Shown here piece by piece: positions 52,668 through 64,000 of a DNA stretch of 64,000 nucleotides. Below the pieces are notes generated by a model. The model saw only the letters and a list, made by a program, of their open reading frames with translations. It searched no databases and was not told the origin of the DNA. Source of the DNA: Eledone cirrhosa (Eukaryota); NCBI GenBank assembly GCA_964016885.1, contig OZ024741.1:341992001-342056000 (forward strand), written 5' to 3'. A program made the translations under genes and the position numbers. Positions within the stretch are counted from its first letter, which is position 1. Each line of letters opens with the position of its first letter.

Positions 52668-53709
52668 CCTTAGGTAAAGGGGCCTGTTCGAAATATATAT
52701 TAGTGTCTCCACCCGACACTTCGATGAGTTGAAATGTAAATCCTATTTCATAACATGATGTCAAGTGGTCAAAAACCTTTACAATGTTCTGAATAACAAA
52801 CTCACTTCGTATGTATGTTTTGTAAGTTTGAAAGTAAAAGATTTTATAAAACATAAGAAAGAATAGATCTCCAGGTAATATGGGGAAATGCTCTCTGTCG
52901 TAAAGAACACCAGATAGATGAAAAAGGAGGGTCGGACATAATATTTTGATATGAAATTTGACGGGCCAGTGTATCCAAAGAAAGACATAAATCATAGCTA
53001 CAAATATAGTCAGTACAGAGAAAGAGTGTTCAATGGAAAAGCTAAATACACTTCCTTAATGTGTCGAGAGGTAGACGTGTCTATTCTACAAGATTTATTT
53101 ACTAAAATCAGCAAAACCAAAAGACAGACTTATAAATATACATGAATGAAAGAAAAAACGACGAAAGAATATGTTAAACTTATCAGATTTAAAACTGAGC
53201 TAACTGTAACCAAAAAAAAACAAGTCAGAAGAAAAGAAAGCAATGTATAACGATATTGTAGCTGTTGGAGTAATAAGTTATAGTTAAAATAATCCATCTC
53301 AACTGGAAGGTAATCTAATTACCAAAACGAGACAGGATAAAAAGTGAGTAAAATAATGACTGCATTTAAAAATCTGATATAAAGATTATATCTTACTACG
53401 AATACAACTAGGTAGATCTGCAATTAGGAAACTATTATAAAATATCTTCTGCAATATTATAAAAATATCTACTAAATAAATAAGGAGGGGAAAAATACAA
53501 ATAGTTACAAAATACGAACAAAAATAAATAAAATAACTACATGTTTTCCATTATTAGGTGGTGTTGGTGGTGGTGAAGAATAATGGTTATTAACAGGTGC
53601 TGGCGGTGGGGGTTTGTTGGGTGAAGAGAAGGACGGATAATGTCATATTGAGACGATGTTTAGAAAATCTGGCAGTTTTCAATATTTGACAGCACATGGC
53701 AAAATTATT

Positions 53710-54010
53710 GTTGTTACAGCTCATACCTATGAAAATTTAGATGACCTACTACTAGATTGTATTTTGTAAGATGTTTCTTGTGTGTTTTAATGATGAGGGT
53801 CCCTAGTCATTACAGCTCACACCTATGTAAAATTAACTGGCTTCCTACGAGGTTTTATCTCATAGGAGGTTTCTTGGTTGTTTTAATGGCGAGGGCTCCA
53901 GTTGTTACAGCTCACACCTATGTAAAAGTAACTGGCTTCCTACGAGGTTTTATCTCATAGGTTTCTTGGGTGTTTTAATGATGGTGGCCAGTTGCTACAG
54001 CTCATAACCT
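53710..54010. repeat. ~90-95-bp tandem repeat, three and a bit copies
   Basis: GTTACAGCTCACACCTATG...TTTCTTGG...TTTTAATG recurs. Confidence 0.85.
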
Positions 54011-54011
54011 A

Positions 54012-55684
54012 CGAGGGCAGGCTGAAAAGTTCCTAGGCTGACTACAAAGGAGCTGTGGCATCTTGCGTGCATTAATTTCAACTCATCTTATTAATAACTG
54101 CATTATTTCTCTCTAGGTAAATTGACATCTAACTCTTCACAGAAGACTTCAAATGTAGCTAGTAGCGACTTCTCTTGAAAATGGACAAAATTCGGCATCG
54201 TAGTGTTATCAAGTACCTGCAGAGAAAGGATTTAGCCCCCTAGGACATTCATGCTAACATGGTTGCTACATTAGGGGATGGCGCTCCAGCATTATCAAAG
54301 TGTAAAAGTGGGTTACTGAATTTAGGAGGGGAAAGGAGACCTTGATGATGATCCAAAGTCTGGACGTCTGGAAACTGCCACCACTAAGGAAAGCATTGAT
54401 CGTGTTCACCACATGGTGATGGATGACAGGTGATTGATTATAAAACATAGCCAATGCTATTAGCATATTCCGTGAGAGAGTTGAGAATATTCTGCACAAT
54501 GAACTTGGCATGACGAATTTATTTGCTCGGTTGGGACCACATCTTCTGATACCTGATCAAAAGCGCACCAGGTCGATCACATCACGAGAAAATCTGACAT
54601 TGTATGAGGCAAATCCAACTGGATCCTTGAACGTTTCCTAATCCAGGATGAGTGTTGGGTTCATCCCTTTGAGCCAGAGACAATCCATGCAATGAAAACA
54701 TCCTTCCTCGCCTAAGTCGTTTCATCTGAAGGGCCACACTATGCCAACTTGCTGAGGCAGTTACGAAAGGCTATCAATACCGAACGCCTATGAAAACTGA
54801 CGAAAGGGGTCTTGTTTCATCAGAACAATGATCCAGCACACAAGTCCTTGGTTCCCATGACTGCTGTTGCTTTGAACTTATATCAGCTTGTTAATATGTA
54901 TTTTTGTTGTAGCAGGAAAGGTATGATTTAGTTATGTGGCAATGTTAGTTGAATTGAGGTTCGGCTGTAAGTTCCAGGTTCTGTTGCTGCAGTGATAATA
55001 ACTCTGGAAAGGATCTTTCCATATCACATTTAAAGGCTATGGCTGTAGTAAAAACATCACAATACTTTAGGGTTTTTAATATATTTTATTTACAACCGAA
55101 TTGAGTTGAGTTGAGTTGAGATGTCAAACAATTAGTAACAAACAAATTAAGAGTTAAGGTACGGTTGACTGGCCAATGTGCTGGTCAGGCCGTAGTTATG
55201 TTGTTACATATTGGCTACTGGTCGAGCGACGAAAGATAAAAATAGTGTTTACCTTTCTACGATTAAAGCAGCAAGAGAGAGTATATACGAAAGAAGGGGG
55301 AAAATCTTTGTTTGGGCGGAAGTTGATAATATATATTCGTGCGCGGCTTACGATTGGCCTGACTTAGCCAAATCACGCGCGAATAGCTTTTCAATGCGCC
55401 AAAGGCAAGTAGCATCGCTACAAACTGGTTGGTCACCTTCCTTATTCTCGGGATTTGGCCCCATCTGAGAATCATCTGATCCCTAACATGCACTTGGTTG
55501 GGAACCAGTGTCGCTGTGATGATGACGTCATATCTGCTGTTGATGACCTTTTGACAAACAGAATGAAAGCTTCTTCACCAATGTGTGTGGACTGCAAAGG
55601 GGACTATGTTGAAAAATAAACCACATTTGGTCGCATTCCATGAGAGTATCTTGGTCAGCCTATGAACTTTTCAGCCGATGCTCG
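54012..55684 (+). mobile_element. Full-span decayed mariner, interrupted at 54879-55422
   Basis: 31-bp TIRs CGAGGGCAGGCTGAAAAGTTCCTAGGCTGAC / GTCAGCCTATGAACTTTTCAGCCGATGCTCG; MDKIRHRSVIKYL, DECWVH, LFHQNNDPAH, YSRDLAPS motifs with many stops. Confidence 0.92.
54879..55422 (-). mobile_element. Probable solo LTR inserted in the mariner
   Basis: 4-bp AACT on both sides; minus strand starts TGTAGC, then CCAAT (~55354), TATA-like (~55333) and AATAAA (~55088). Confidence 0.5.
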
Positions 55685-56569
55685 CATGTATTTTCGGCTG
55701 ACCTCTTCCGATTATGTATTTATTTTATTCACAATTGTATAAATAACATTACAAATCGTTTAAAATCCTTACAGAATGAAAATATACACATAAATAATAT
55801 ATACAATACTTAATTACATAAATATTCCACATTTAAATATAAATTCAAAACGAAGGAAAATATATTATAATCGTGATGTTTCACATGTTATTATGACGCT
55901 TTCTTATCATATTTCTAATGGAAGACACTACCTATAATTTCCAAATAAGTTTGAAAATAATCAAAAGTTTGGAGGAATTTAGTAATATAACTAAATTGTT
56001 TAATCATTATGTTATTATTTCGAACATAACAGATTTTTACATAAAATTATGATAGGTTTTAGATAAATATAAACATTTTAAAAATAAACCTAGTAGGGCT
56101 ACAGATGGTTTCTTGTTCGGTATCAAAAGAGTTAGAGATGGAGGCCATAATCCTATATTATAGCAAAGTGGAAATAGATTTAAATAATTACAAGCAAACA
56201 AATTATAAAACTAATTGAGAAGCAGCAAATTTAAATGTTGATAGTGAAGGGTTTTGATCGTATCACACCAGTTGATTTTTCGGTTCAATCCCACTACGTG
56301 ATACTCTAGGGATGTGTCTTCTACTGTAGCCTCGGGTTTACTAATGCCTTGTGAGTGGAATTTGGTAGGTGGAAACTGCAGATGCCCGACACACTCACAC
56401 GCATGCACTTGTAATTATTTAAAATCTATTTTGTTCTCTCTATATATATATAGAGAGAGAGAGAGAGAGAACAAAATTTGTTTTCATTCACTAATACATA
56501 CATGTATATATATAATTATGTATGTATTCATATATATAAGTATTAAGTGTATATATATATATATATATA

Positions 56570-56757
56570 ATAATTGTTTCTACTTTTGGCACAAGGCCAG
56601 CAATAACCCAGTGCATTACTGGTACTTTATTTTATCGACCCCGTAAGGATGAAAGGCAAAGTCAACCTCGGCGGGATTTGAACTCAGATCGTAAAGGGAC
56701 GTAACTATGCTGGAAAGCATGGCGTCCGACCCTCTACCGATACTGCCAATCCACCGC
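56570..56757 (-). mobile_element. Family M SINE, full length
   Basis: Clean reverse-complement match. Confidence 0.9.
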
Positions 56758-56759
56758 CC

Positions 56760-56790
<31 letters not shown>

Positions 56791-57377
56791 ATGTGAAGAC
56801 TAAAATCCTTTGCTAAAACTATAATGTTATTTTAATACACGCACACATATATGTGTGTGTAAACGCATATATCTTTTTTTTTTCCTTCGTATTTTTCCCC
56901 TTCTTATCTTTTATAATATTTGTTATCAAGATTATATTTCTCTTTTTATATTTATCATCTATTAATTTTTTTAATAAGTTTTTTATAGTAATGTGCTAGA
57001 GTAGTTTGACGTTATATTTCTGTAGTTGGACAACCTAGTTTTTTCCATGCATTATGGCGTCATTTCGCTTCTTTTTTTTTTAATGTAAACAATTTCCTCG
57101 GCTGCTGGCTGTCGAGTGTTTTGGTGAGATTATTATGAAATTTCAATCTTAAATATCTGATTTTCACAAGTTTCATGAAAGGGATGAAACGTTCGTAAAG
57201 CAACATTTAATGTACTTGGTGTCTATTTTAATATATATATATATACTACTTCGCTTTGCCTTATTCTATATATATATATATATATATATAGTAATAATAA
57301 TAAATTTGAAGACTAAAATCCAAAGAGGGCTCGATAAGGATAAATATATATCAAATATATAAGAACCGTAGAGCAAA

Positions 57378-57515
57378 TATTTATTAAAATAACAGATTAA
57401 AGTTTAAGCAAAGAATCGCTGCTTTCACCCTTAACGGGATCTTCTTTCAGAAGATCCCGTTAAGGGTGAAAGCACCGATTCTTTGCTTAAACTTTAATCT
57501 GTTATTTTAATAAAT
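57378..57515. mobile_element. Near-perfect ~138-bp palindrome, PLE-terminus-like
   Basis: Arms centred on CTTCT-TTC-AGAAG; hammerhead-like layout on both arms. Confidence 0.6.
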
Positions 57516-57517
57516 AA

Positions 57518-57571
<54 letters not shown>

Positions 57572-57641
57572 TCTACTCTGATGAATATCGAGTGCTAATT
57601 TTGGCATACCGCCTACGGAAGCACCATAGCTACCACTATAC

Positions 57642-57659
<18 letters not shown>

Positions 57660-57689
<30 letters not shown>

Positions 57690-60589
57690 GAGGATGTGTG
57701 TGTTAAGGTTTGTAACGTATGCATGTCCACAATTTCCAACGGATTTTATTCAACGTCGGGACAGTTATTGCTTTTGGTCAGGAAAAGGTCATGAGGCAAA
57801 CAAATTTAAAATCCATCAAAATTAAGGCTAAACATCGATCATGATCATTCCCCCTCTCTATAATTTAACTGCTTTGCTCTCTCTGTGGCTCTTCACTCCC
57901 TATATGGCAACACTGCAGAGAGAGAAACAGTGTGTATGATCAAATGGAGCGTTCCGTATATTCCCTCTCTCTATAATTTAACTGCTTTACTCTCTCTGTC
58001 GCTCTTCACTCCCTATATGACAACACTGAAAATACCAACGCTGGAAATAGAGGGACGAGGTCACAGAATACCTGGCAGGGCGGTACATCAGTAGCAATGA
58101 AGCTTTTTGGCGCCTATTTGGTTTACCCCCTACACCAACGGCACCCCGCCGTCGTACAGCTTGCGGTACATTTGGAAAATGGGCAAAGGTTTTACTTTAT
58201 GGACCAAACCGCCGCCAAGTTGGCCGCCGATCGGAAAGAGACCACTCTGACGGGTTTCTTCAAACTTTGCCAGTTCGATACATTTGCGCAAACAATTGTG
58301 TATCCCAGGTTCCATCCTACTTTATATGGTCGAAAAACACTTAGGTGCGAAGAAAGTCAAGTCAGGCTGTTGAAAGACATCCTGGTGTAAAATTTGACAG
58401 CTGTCTTGGAAGGGTTTACACTGTGCCCCCAAGTCAGCATGAGTGCTTTCATCTCCGCCTTCTTCTGCATGAAGTTGTAGGCCCACAAAGTTTTCAGGAC
58501 CTCAAAACTGTTGATGGAGAAATATGTGATACGTACCGGGAAGCCTGCTTTAAGCGTGGTCTTTTGGAAGATGATTCGCAATGGGATTCCACTTTAGCAG
58601 AGGGTGCTTTGTTTAAATCACCTAAAGGTGGGAACTCTTTGCCATTTTGCTTCAAAAGTGTGAATATGGGTCAAGTACAGAGACTTCATGTCTGAGGACT
58701 TCCTGCGCATGGCTCATCTGCAGTATCCTTCAGTGGAAGTTGGTTACAGCGACATTATCTACAACAGGGCACTCATTGATACCGAGGACGCCCTCCTCGA
58801 CATTGGTGGGAGTGAATTGGCGACGTATGGCTTGCCGTCAACCGTCAGAGAGGAAGCTAACACGTTGGCCCCGGATTTGTTGCGGGAAACAGCATATGAC
58901 ATCGAATCTCTTTCCCAATACTTAGAGGACAATGAGCTCAAACTTCTGTCGGACCAAAGGTTGGCTTATTTAACTATCATTGACGCGGTTCAAAATCAGA
59001 CTGGGGGTATTTACTTTCTCGATGCTCCTGGGGGTACCGGAAAATCTTTTCTAACGAAATTGATTCTCGCTAAGATTCGTCAGGAGAAAAAAATGCGTTG
59101 GGCGTTGCATCGTCCGGGATCGCTGCTACTTTGCTGCCGGGAGGCAGGACAGCACATTCAACATTTAAACTCCCCTTGGATTTAGTAAAATCTGAGACAC
59201 CAACATGCAATATCAGCAAGAGTTCACACGAAGCTCTGGTCCTCAAAAAATGTTGCCTCATTGCTTGGGATGAGTGCATAATGGCACACAGGGGTGCCCT
59301 TGGACAGGACCCTGAAAGATATTAGGGATTCTACAGCTCCTATGGGTGGCGTAATCCTTCTGCTATCAGGGGATTTTCGGCAAACGCTGCCTGTTATCCC
59401 CAAAGGGACGAGCTGATGAAGTGCGTGCTTGCCTTAAGTCGTCCATGTTGTGGCTCCAGGTGAAGAGTTTATACCTGAGCACAAATATGCGTGCTCGTTT
59501 GCATGGTGACAACATGTCTGCAGCATTTACTCAGAACATTTTAGCACTTGGTGAGGGCAAGGTCCCTGCGGATGACACGGGCGGCATAACAATCGACTCC
59601 CTGTGCAACATTGTGAGCAGCCCTTCTGACCTTTGGGAAGCAGTTTTTCCTAATGTCTCATCTAACTTTAAAAACCTCGATTGGCTCAGCAAAAAGCCAT
59701 CCTTGCTCAAAAAGATACCATGATTAATGTTATTAATGAGCAGCTGATTGAGAAGATTCCCGGTAAAGAGCACATCTTCAAATCTATCGACCGGACGTCA
59801 GACCCCGACGATATCGTTAATTATCCGGTTGAGTTATTAAATTCCCTTGAGCCCCCAGGGCTCCTTCCTCACATTCTTAAGCTTAGGGTTGGCTGTCCCA
59901 TTATGCTAATAAGGAACTTGCATCCACCAAAGCAGTCAAGTCACTGACGCCCCACTTGATTGAGGCCACCATTGTAACGGGGTACGGGAGAGGGGAGAAT
60001 GTTTTCATTCCAAGGATGAACCTTTTCCCCTCGGCGTCAGATATCCCGTTCGATTTCTGGCGATCCCAATTCCCGGTGAGACCATGTTTTGCCATGTCCA
60101 TTAACAAGTCACCAGGGCAAACATTGTCGGTGGCGGGCATCTATTTGAGGGAGCCATGCTTTTCCCATGGCCAACTTTATGTTGCCTGTTCCCGCGTAGG
60201 GAGCAGGAATGGACTTTTTGCTTACACTCCTCAAGGGATGACACGCAATATCGTCTACAAAGAGATGCTATAGATGTTGGTGCAGGTGTTGGAGGTGTTG
60301 GAGCTATGCCGTCTGGAAAACTGGTAGGGTCACCCATGGCGGACAGATGTGACACCCAGCGGCATCAAGGCCACAATCTTGCAACTTTGGTCTGCTAAAT
60401 TCGCTATTGGAAGATTATTAACCCATCATTTATTGTCCAAAATGCTAATTGGTTCGTAACTTTTAATAACCGGTTCAACTGCTTTGTGCACTTAATTGAT
60501 AAGCTTATTCGCTTTCAAGCCACGTTTGCTTGTATGTAACTTTTCATAGCAAATGAACAAACCCAAGCAACGCCGAGCTAAACTGCTAG
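57660..60589 (+). mobile_element. Internally deleted, decayed Helitron with PIF1-like helicase pseudogene (~58070-60273)
   Basis: HPAVVQLAVHLENGQR, FLDAPGGTGKSF, ASSGIAATLLPGGRTAHS, IAWDEC, GDFRQ, QFPVRPCFAMSINKSPGQT, FSHGQLYVACSRV; 3' CCCAAGCAACGCCGAG then CTAG|T; Rep domain missing. 5' end lies in (TA)n and is approximate. Confidence 0.93.
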
Positions 60590-60862
60590 TATATATATAT
60601 ATATCAGTAAAGTGTGCAATTGCATTGCGTTCACATGCGGTATGCCAAGATGAATACTCGACGATGACCGACGTTTGTGGCAACCCAAAATAAATCGGGT
60701 GTCTAATAATTCAGCAACATTTGGACATGAGAACACATATCTGAGGAACTTTCAATTCCAGAGTCAGGAACATAATCGATCATTCCTCTAGCTGATCGGC
60801 AGTGAAACATATGTAATATGTGATTAAACATGTATATGATGCAATACTGATTCTTTGTTCCC

Positions 60863-60904
<42 letters not shown>

Positions 60905-60959
60905 CTAGTCTGTGTACAATTATAATATGATGCTGCAGCATTAAAAGAACGCTTATAGT

Positions 60960-62708
60960 CTACAGCAGACCCAAAAGGTGCCGCCCCCATAAAAGTGACA
61001 CCCGGAGCGGACAGCCATACTTTTAATATTGTGTAAAACAAAACAAACATATAAAATGAAAATTTATACATAAACTTGATAAAATCCTAAACGAAAAAGT
61101 TATTTTTTACTTACAATTCAAGCTTGATTCATTCATTAAAGAAATTAATTCAGGATTTATAGTGCTCCTTAGAAAAGTTTTTATTCTTTTCAATGTTTAA
61201 AAGCAGCGTTCTGGCGCAGTTATGGGAATTGTCAAGAGGTTTTTCTTTTTTTTTTATCAGTTTCGTTATTTCACTAAAAACACCAACCATCTAGGTTATT
61301 TTCCAAGATAAATTTCAGCAGCTCAATTAATTTGCAATATTCATGAATATCGGATCTACAATAGAATTTTTTAGTTCAGTTTCAAGCTTTTCTTTGTCAA
61401 TCGTGGGATATGCTTCAGTGGTCAGTACTATCTCTTCTGTAGACAGTTCATTCTTAAAATAGTGAAGCTTTTCTTGTTGAACAATTTAGCAACTGCTAAG
61501 CGTTTAGTGGAAGAATCTGTCCATTACATCAACACATATGCAGTCATACACTTCCTTTGCTTCTGCCATGAGTGTCTTTTAAAGATTCTCACATACTTCG
61601 GGTTTCTTATTTCTAAAATAGCAGTCTTGAAATCTCATATATTCATTGACTTTAAACATACTAATTTCTCGAGATTGCATTTGGTTGTAAATTACTTCAA
61701 TTATGTGGCATAATCTGATGAAAAAGCTTTAACCAAAACATGAAATTATCATCATTCAAGTATTTTAAAATTCCTGTTGCTTCTGCAATGGTTTGATATG
61801 CCTTTAATGTTGACTGCTTTTCAAAGGTTGCAAATCTTCATGGACTCTGTTCATGGTCCGTATGCTAAAGTTCCACCTATAAAGGATGGTTGTGGAATGC
61901 TGACGTCCATATGCTTCTTGAGAATGGATACACGTTGTGGTGATCTTGGAAAGAATGTTGGAATAGCCAAAATGTTAGAGAAAAATATTCTTGCGTTCCG
62001 TATAATACTTACAGCATTTCTCATTATTAAATTAAGTGGATGTGCATAATAGTGAATGAAATATGCATTACTATAAACTGCTTTTATTTTTGCTTGAACT
62101 CCTGTTTCTTTGCCTTTCATGACATTTGCACCATCAAATGTCTGAGCTATCAGTTTTTGTCCATTTCCTTGAAGGATTAAGTCTACTTGTTCTAGAATAT
62201 GCTTTGATATGTCATCTGCCGTTTGATTTTCTGGAATAAAGTATCCCCAAAAATGCACAAATATTTCTTCATTTAACATGTACCATAGAATAATGACCAT
62301 TTGAGTGTGTTCCGAAACATCTGTTGTGTCATCAGACGGCTACAAAAGAAGCTTCTCTAATTTCTGTCCTTACCTCCTCATGGTATAATTGTAGCAGGCA
62401 GTTAAGTATCTCATTCTGAATTTTCTTAAAAACACGTTTGAAGACCTTACTGGTTTCTAAGTGATTCTTCAAATATGGATCTAATTTAGATGCAAAATGT
62501 ATTAATCTTCTAAATACCCCTATATTTACTGAATCATCTTTTTCATCATGTCCACGTAAAGGAGTTTCAAAGTTTCCACAAAATAAAATGCAGTCTATTA
62601 TTTTGGATAAAATTTAACGGTTCTTTTTAACCTCCATGTTATGCTCGTTGATTAAAAGCCTGTATTCCTCACTAAGTTTCTCCTTAATATATACATGATC
62701 CGCCACTG
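60960..62708 (-). pseudogene. Decayed hAT transposon (ZMYM1-like/DUF4371-type transposase)
   Basis: PLRGHDE, KIQNEIL, DDTTDVSEHTQMVII, AQTFDGANVMKG, FIHYYAHPLNL; CAGTGGCGGATC end at 62708. Confidence 0.88.
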
Positions 62709-63064
62709 CTCTCAGGTCTTGAATAATTGCACCACCCCGCCCCCGCTTATTAAATTTTACTAATCTATCTCCGGCAAAATTTTGCTGTAAGTGATTCATA
62801 TTGATACAGCAGCTCGAGAATCTAATAATAATTTTATTTTACATTAGAAAAAACATTATATATGACAAAAAAAAAAGAACATTACAAGAAATCCCATATT
62901 TACAAACGTACACTATACAATTACTGATTCCACCAACGCTTATTCCAACCCCCTCCCCACGTTTATAAGAATTTAAGCAAATGTCCACACACACACTCTT
63001 ATTCCACCACCCAAAGTCTCCATAGGAGGATGAGGTCGATATACTAATTGATGAATATTATTTA

Positions 63065-63545
63065 CGTCCCTTTACAGTCTGAGTTCAAATCCCGCCGAGG
63101 TTAACTTTGCCTTTCATCCTTACGGGGTCGATAAAATAAAGTACCAGTAATGTACTGGGTAATTGCTGGCCTTGTGCCTAAAGTAGAAACAATTATTTTC
63201 TATTTCCAAATGATGGCAGTGGATTGGCAGTATCGGTAGAGGGTCGGACGCCATGTTTTGCAGCAAAGAGTTACGGCCCTTTATGGTCTGAGTTCAAATC
63301 CCGCCGAGGTTTACTTTGCCTTTCATCCTTACGGGGTCGATAAAATAAGGTACCAGTAATACACTGAGATAATTGCTGGCCTTGTGCCAAAAGTAGAAAC
63401 AATTATTTTCTATTTCCAAAGAACCCCTCTGGTGGAGGAATGTCTTCCAATATTGGTTGTCTTAAATTATTGAGATAATTTCTACTTGAGGCACAAGGCC
63501 AACAATTTGAAGGGGATGCGAAAGTCGATTAAATCGACCCCAGTA
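63065..63545. mobile_element. Family M SINE cluster (two + copies, one - tail fragment)
   Basis: Matches to family M; both + copies are followed by the same TTCTATTTCCAAA flank. Confidence 0.85.
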
Positions 63546-64000
63546 ATAATAATGAAAATTAGCCATTAAACCTTAAAAAGACGCAACATCGCTATAGCGT
63601 TTCACCAGCCCCTTCCTTCTGTTGTCTGTATCTGTTTATGGATTTACATGTAGATGTGTGTGTGTGTAACTAAAGCGTAACGTACGTTATGAATGGACGA
63701 TTAAATGATTTTTACTTGTTTTTTAACAATTGATGATGGAAAAGATTTCAAATTGTCCTAACTCATAGTGCCTGACACTCTTACCGGCTACATAGCCTCT
63801 TCCAAAATTATTGTGTACAGTGCTCAATGTGCACTGCAACATGTTTGTGTTTATGTCATATAACTTTGAGGTTCGATAAAAAAAAAAAATGTTTAAAGCG
63901 ATCGTTAAAATAAGTACTAGACTTTAAAAAAGCACGTACTGTAGTCAATAGGATATATTTATATAAAAGAATAAAAAGACATGTTGAATCTTTGTAACAA

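Noticed and set aside
52618-53145. ORFs of 125 and 64 aa
   Set aside because: No recognisable domain; partly overlaps a hAT MITE; only a faint LINE-RT-like LHFNSSKC snippet in another frame.
53535-53650. Minus-strand proline-rich frame HYPSFSSPNKPPPPAPVNNHYSSPPPTPPNNGKH
   Set aside because: Preceded by an in-frame stop with no compatible acceptor; too short to support.

Overview
AT-rich, microsatellite-dense animal DNA made almost entirely of repeats. The tRNA-derived SINE families and RTE LINEs look like those of an octopod cephalopod (inference, not checked). I recognise no host protein-coding exon; most ORFs in the track are (TA)n/(CA)n read-throughs. Contents: a 4.2-kb satellite of 49-bp units; five minus-strand copies of one RTE LINE family (RTE-A), one with an uninterrupted ~1040-codon APE-RT ORF carrying a PHD finger inside the RT region; a decayed second RTE (RTE-B) with three C2H2-type fingers, next to an internally deleted non-autonomous partner; a third RTE 3' end whose tail is shared by a CORE-type SINE; Penelope-like remnants, several folded into palindromes around degenerate hammerhead-like cores; CR1, R4-like, CRE-like and Gypsy fragments; Helitrons; mariner, hAT, pogo-like and piggyBac-like elements. 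The most interesting signal is a shared-module network: one ~48-49-bp subrepeat plus an RTE tail module occurs in SINEs, in the RTE-A 3' UTR and, amplified, as the satellite. Second is a highly structured, possibly self-cleaving 5' RNA in the non-autonomous RTE. Coordinates were read by eye and may be off by a few bases.
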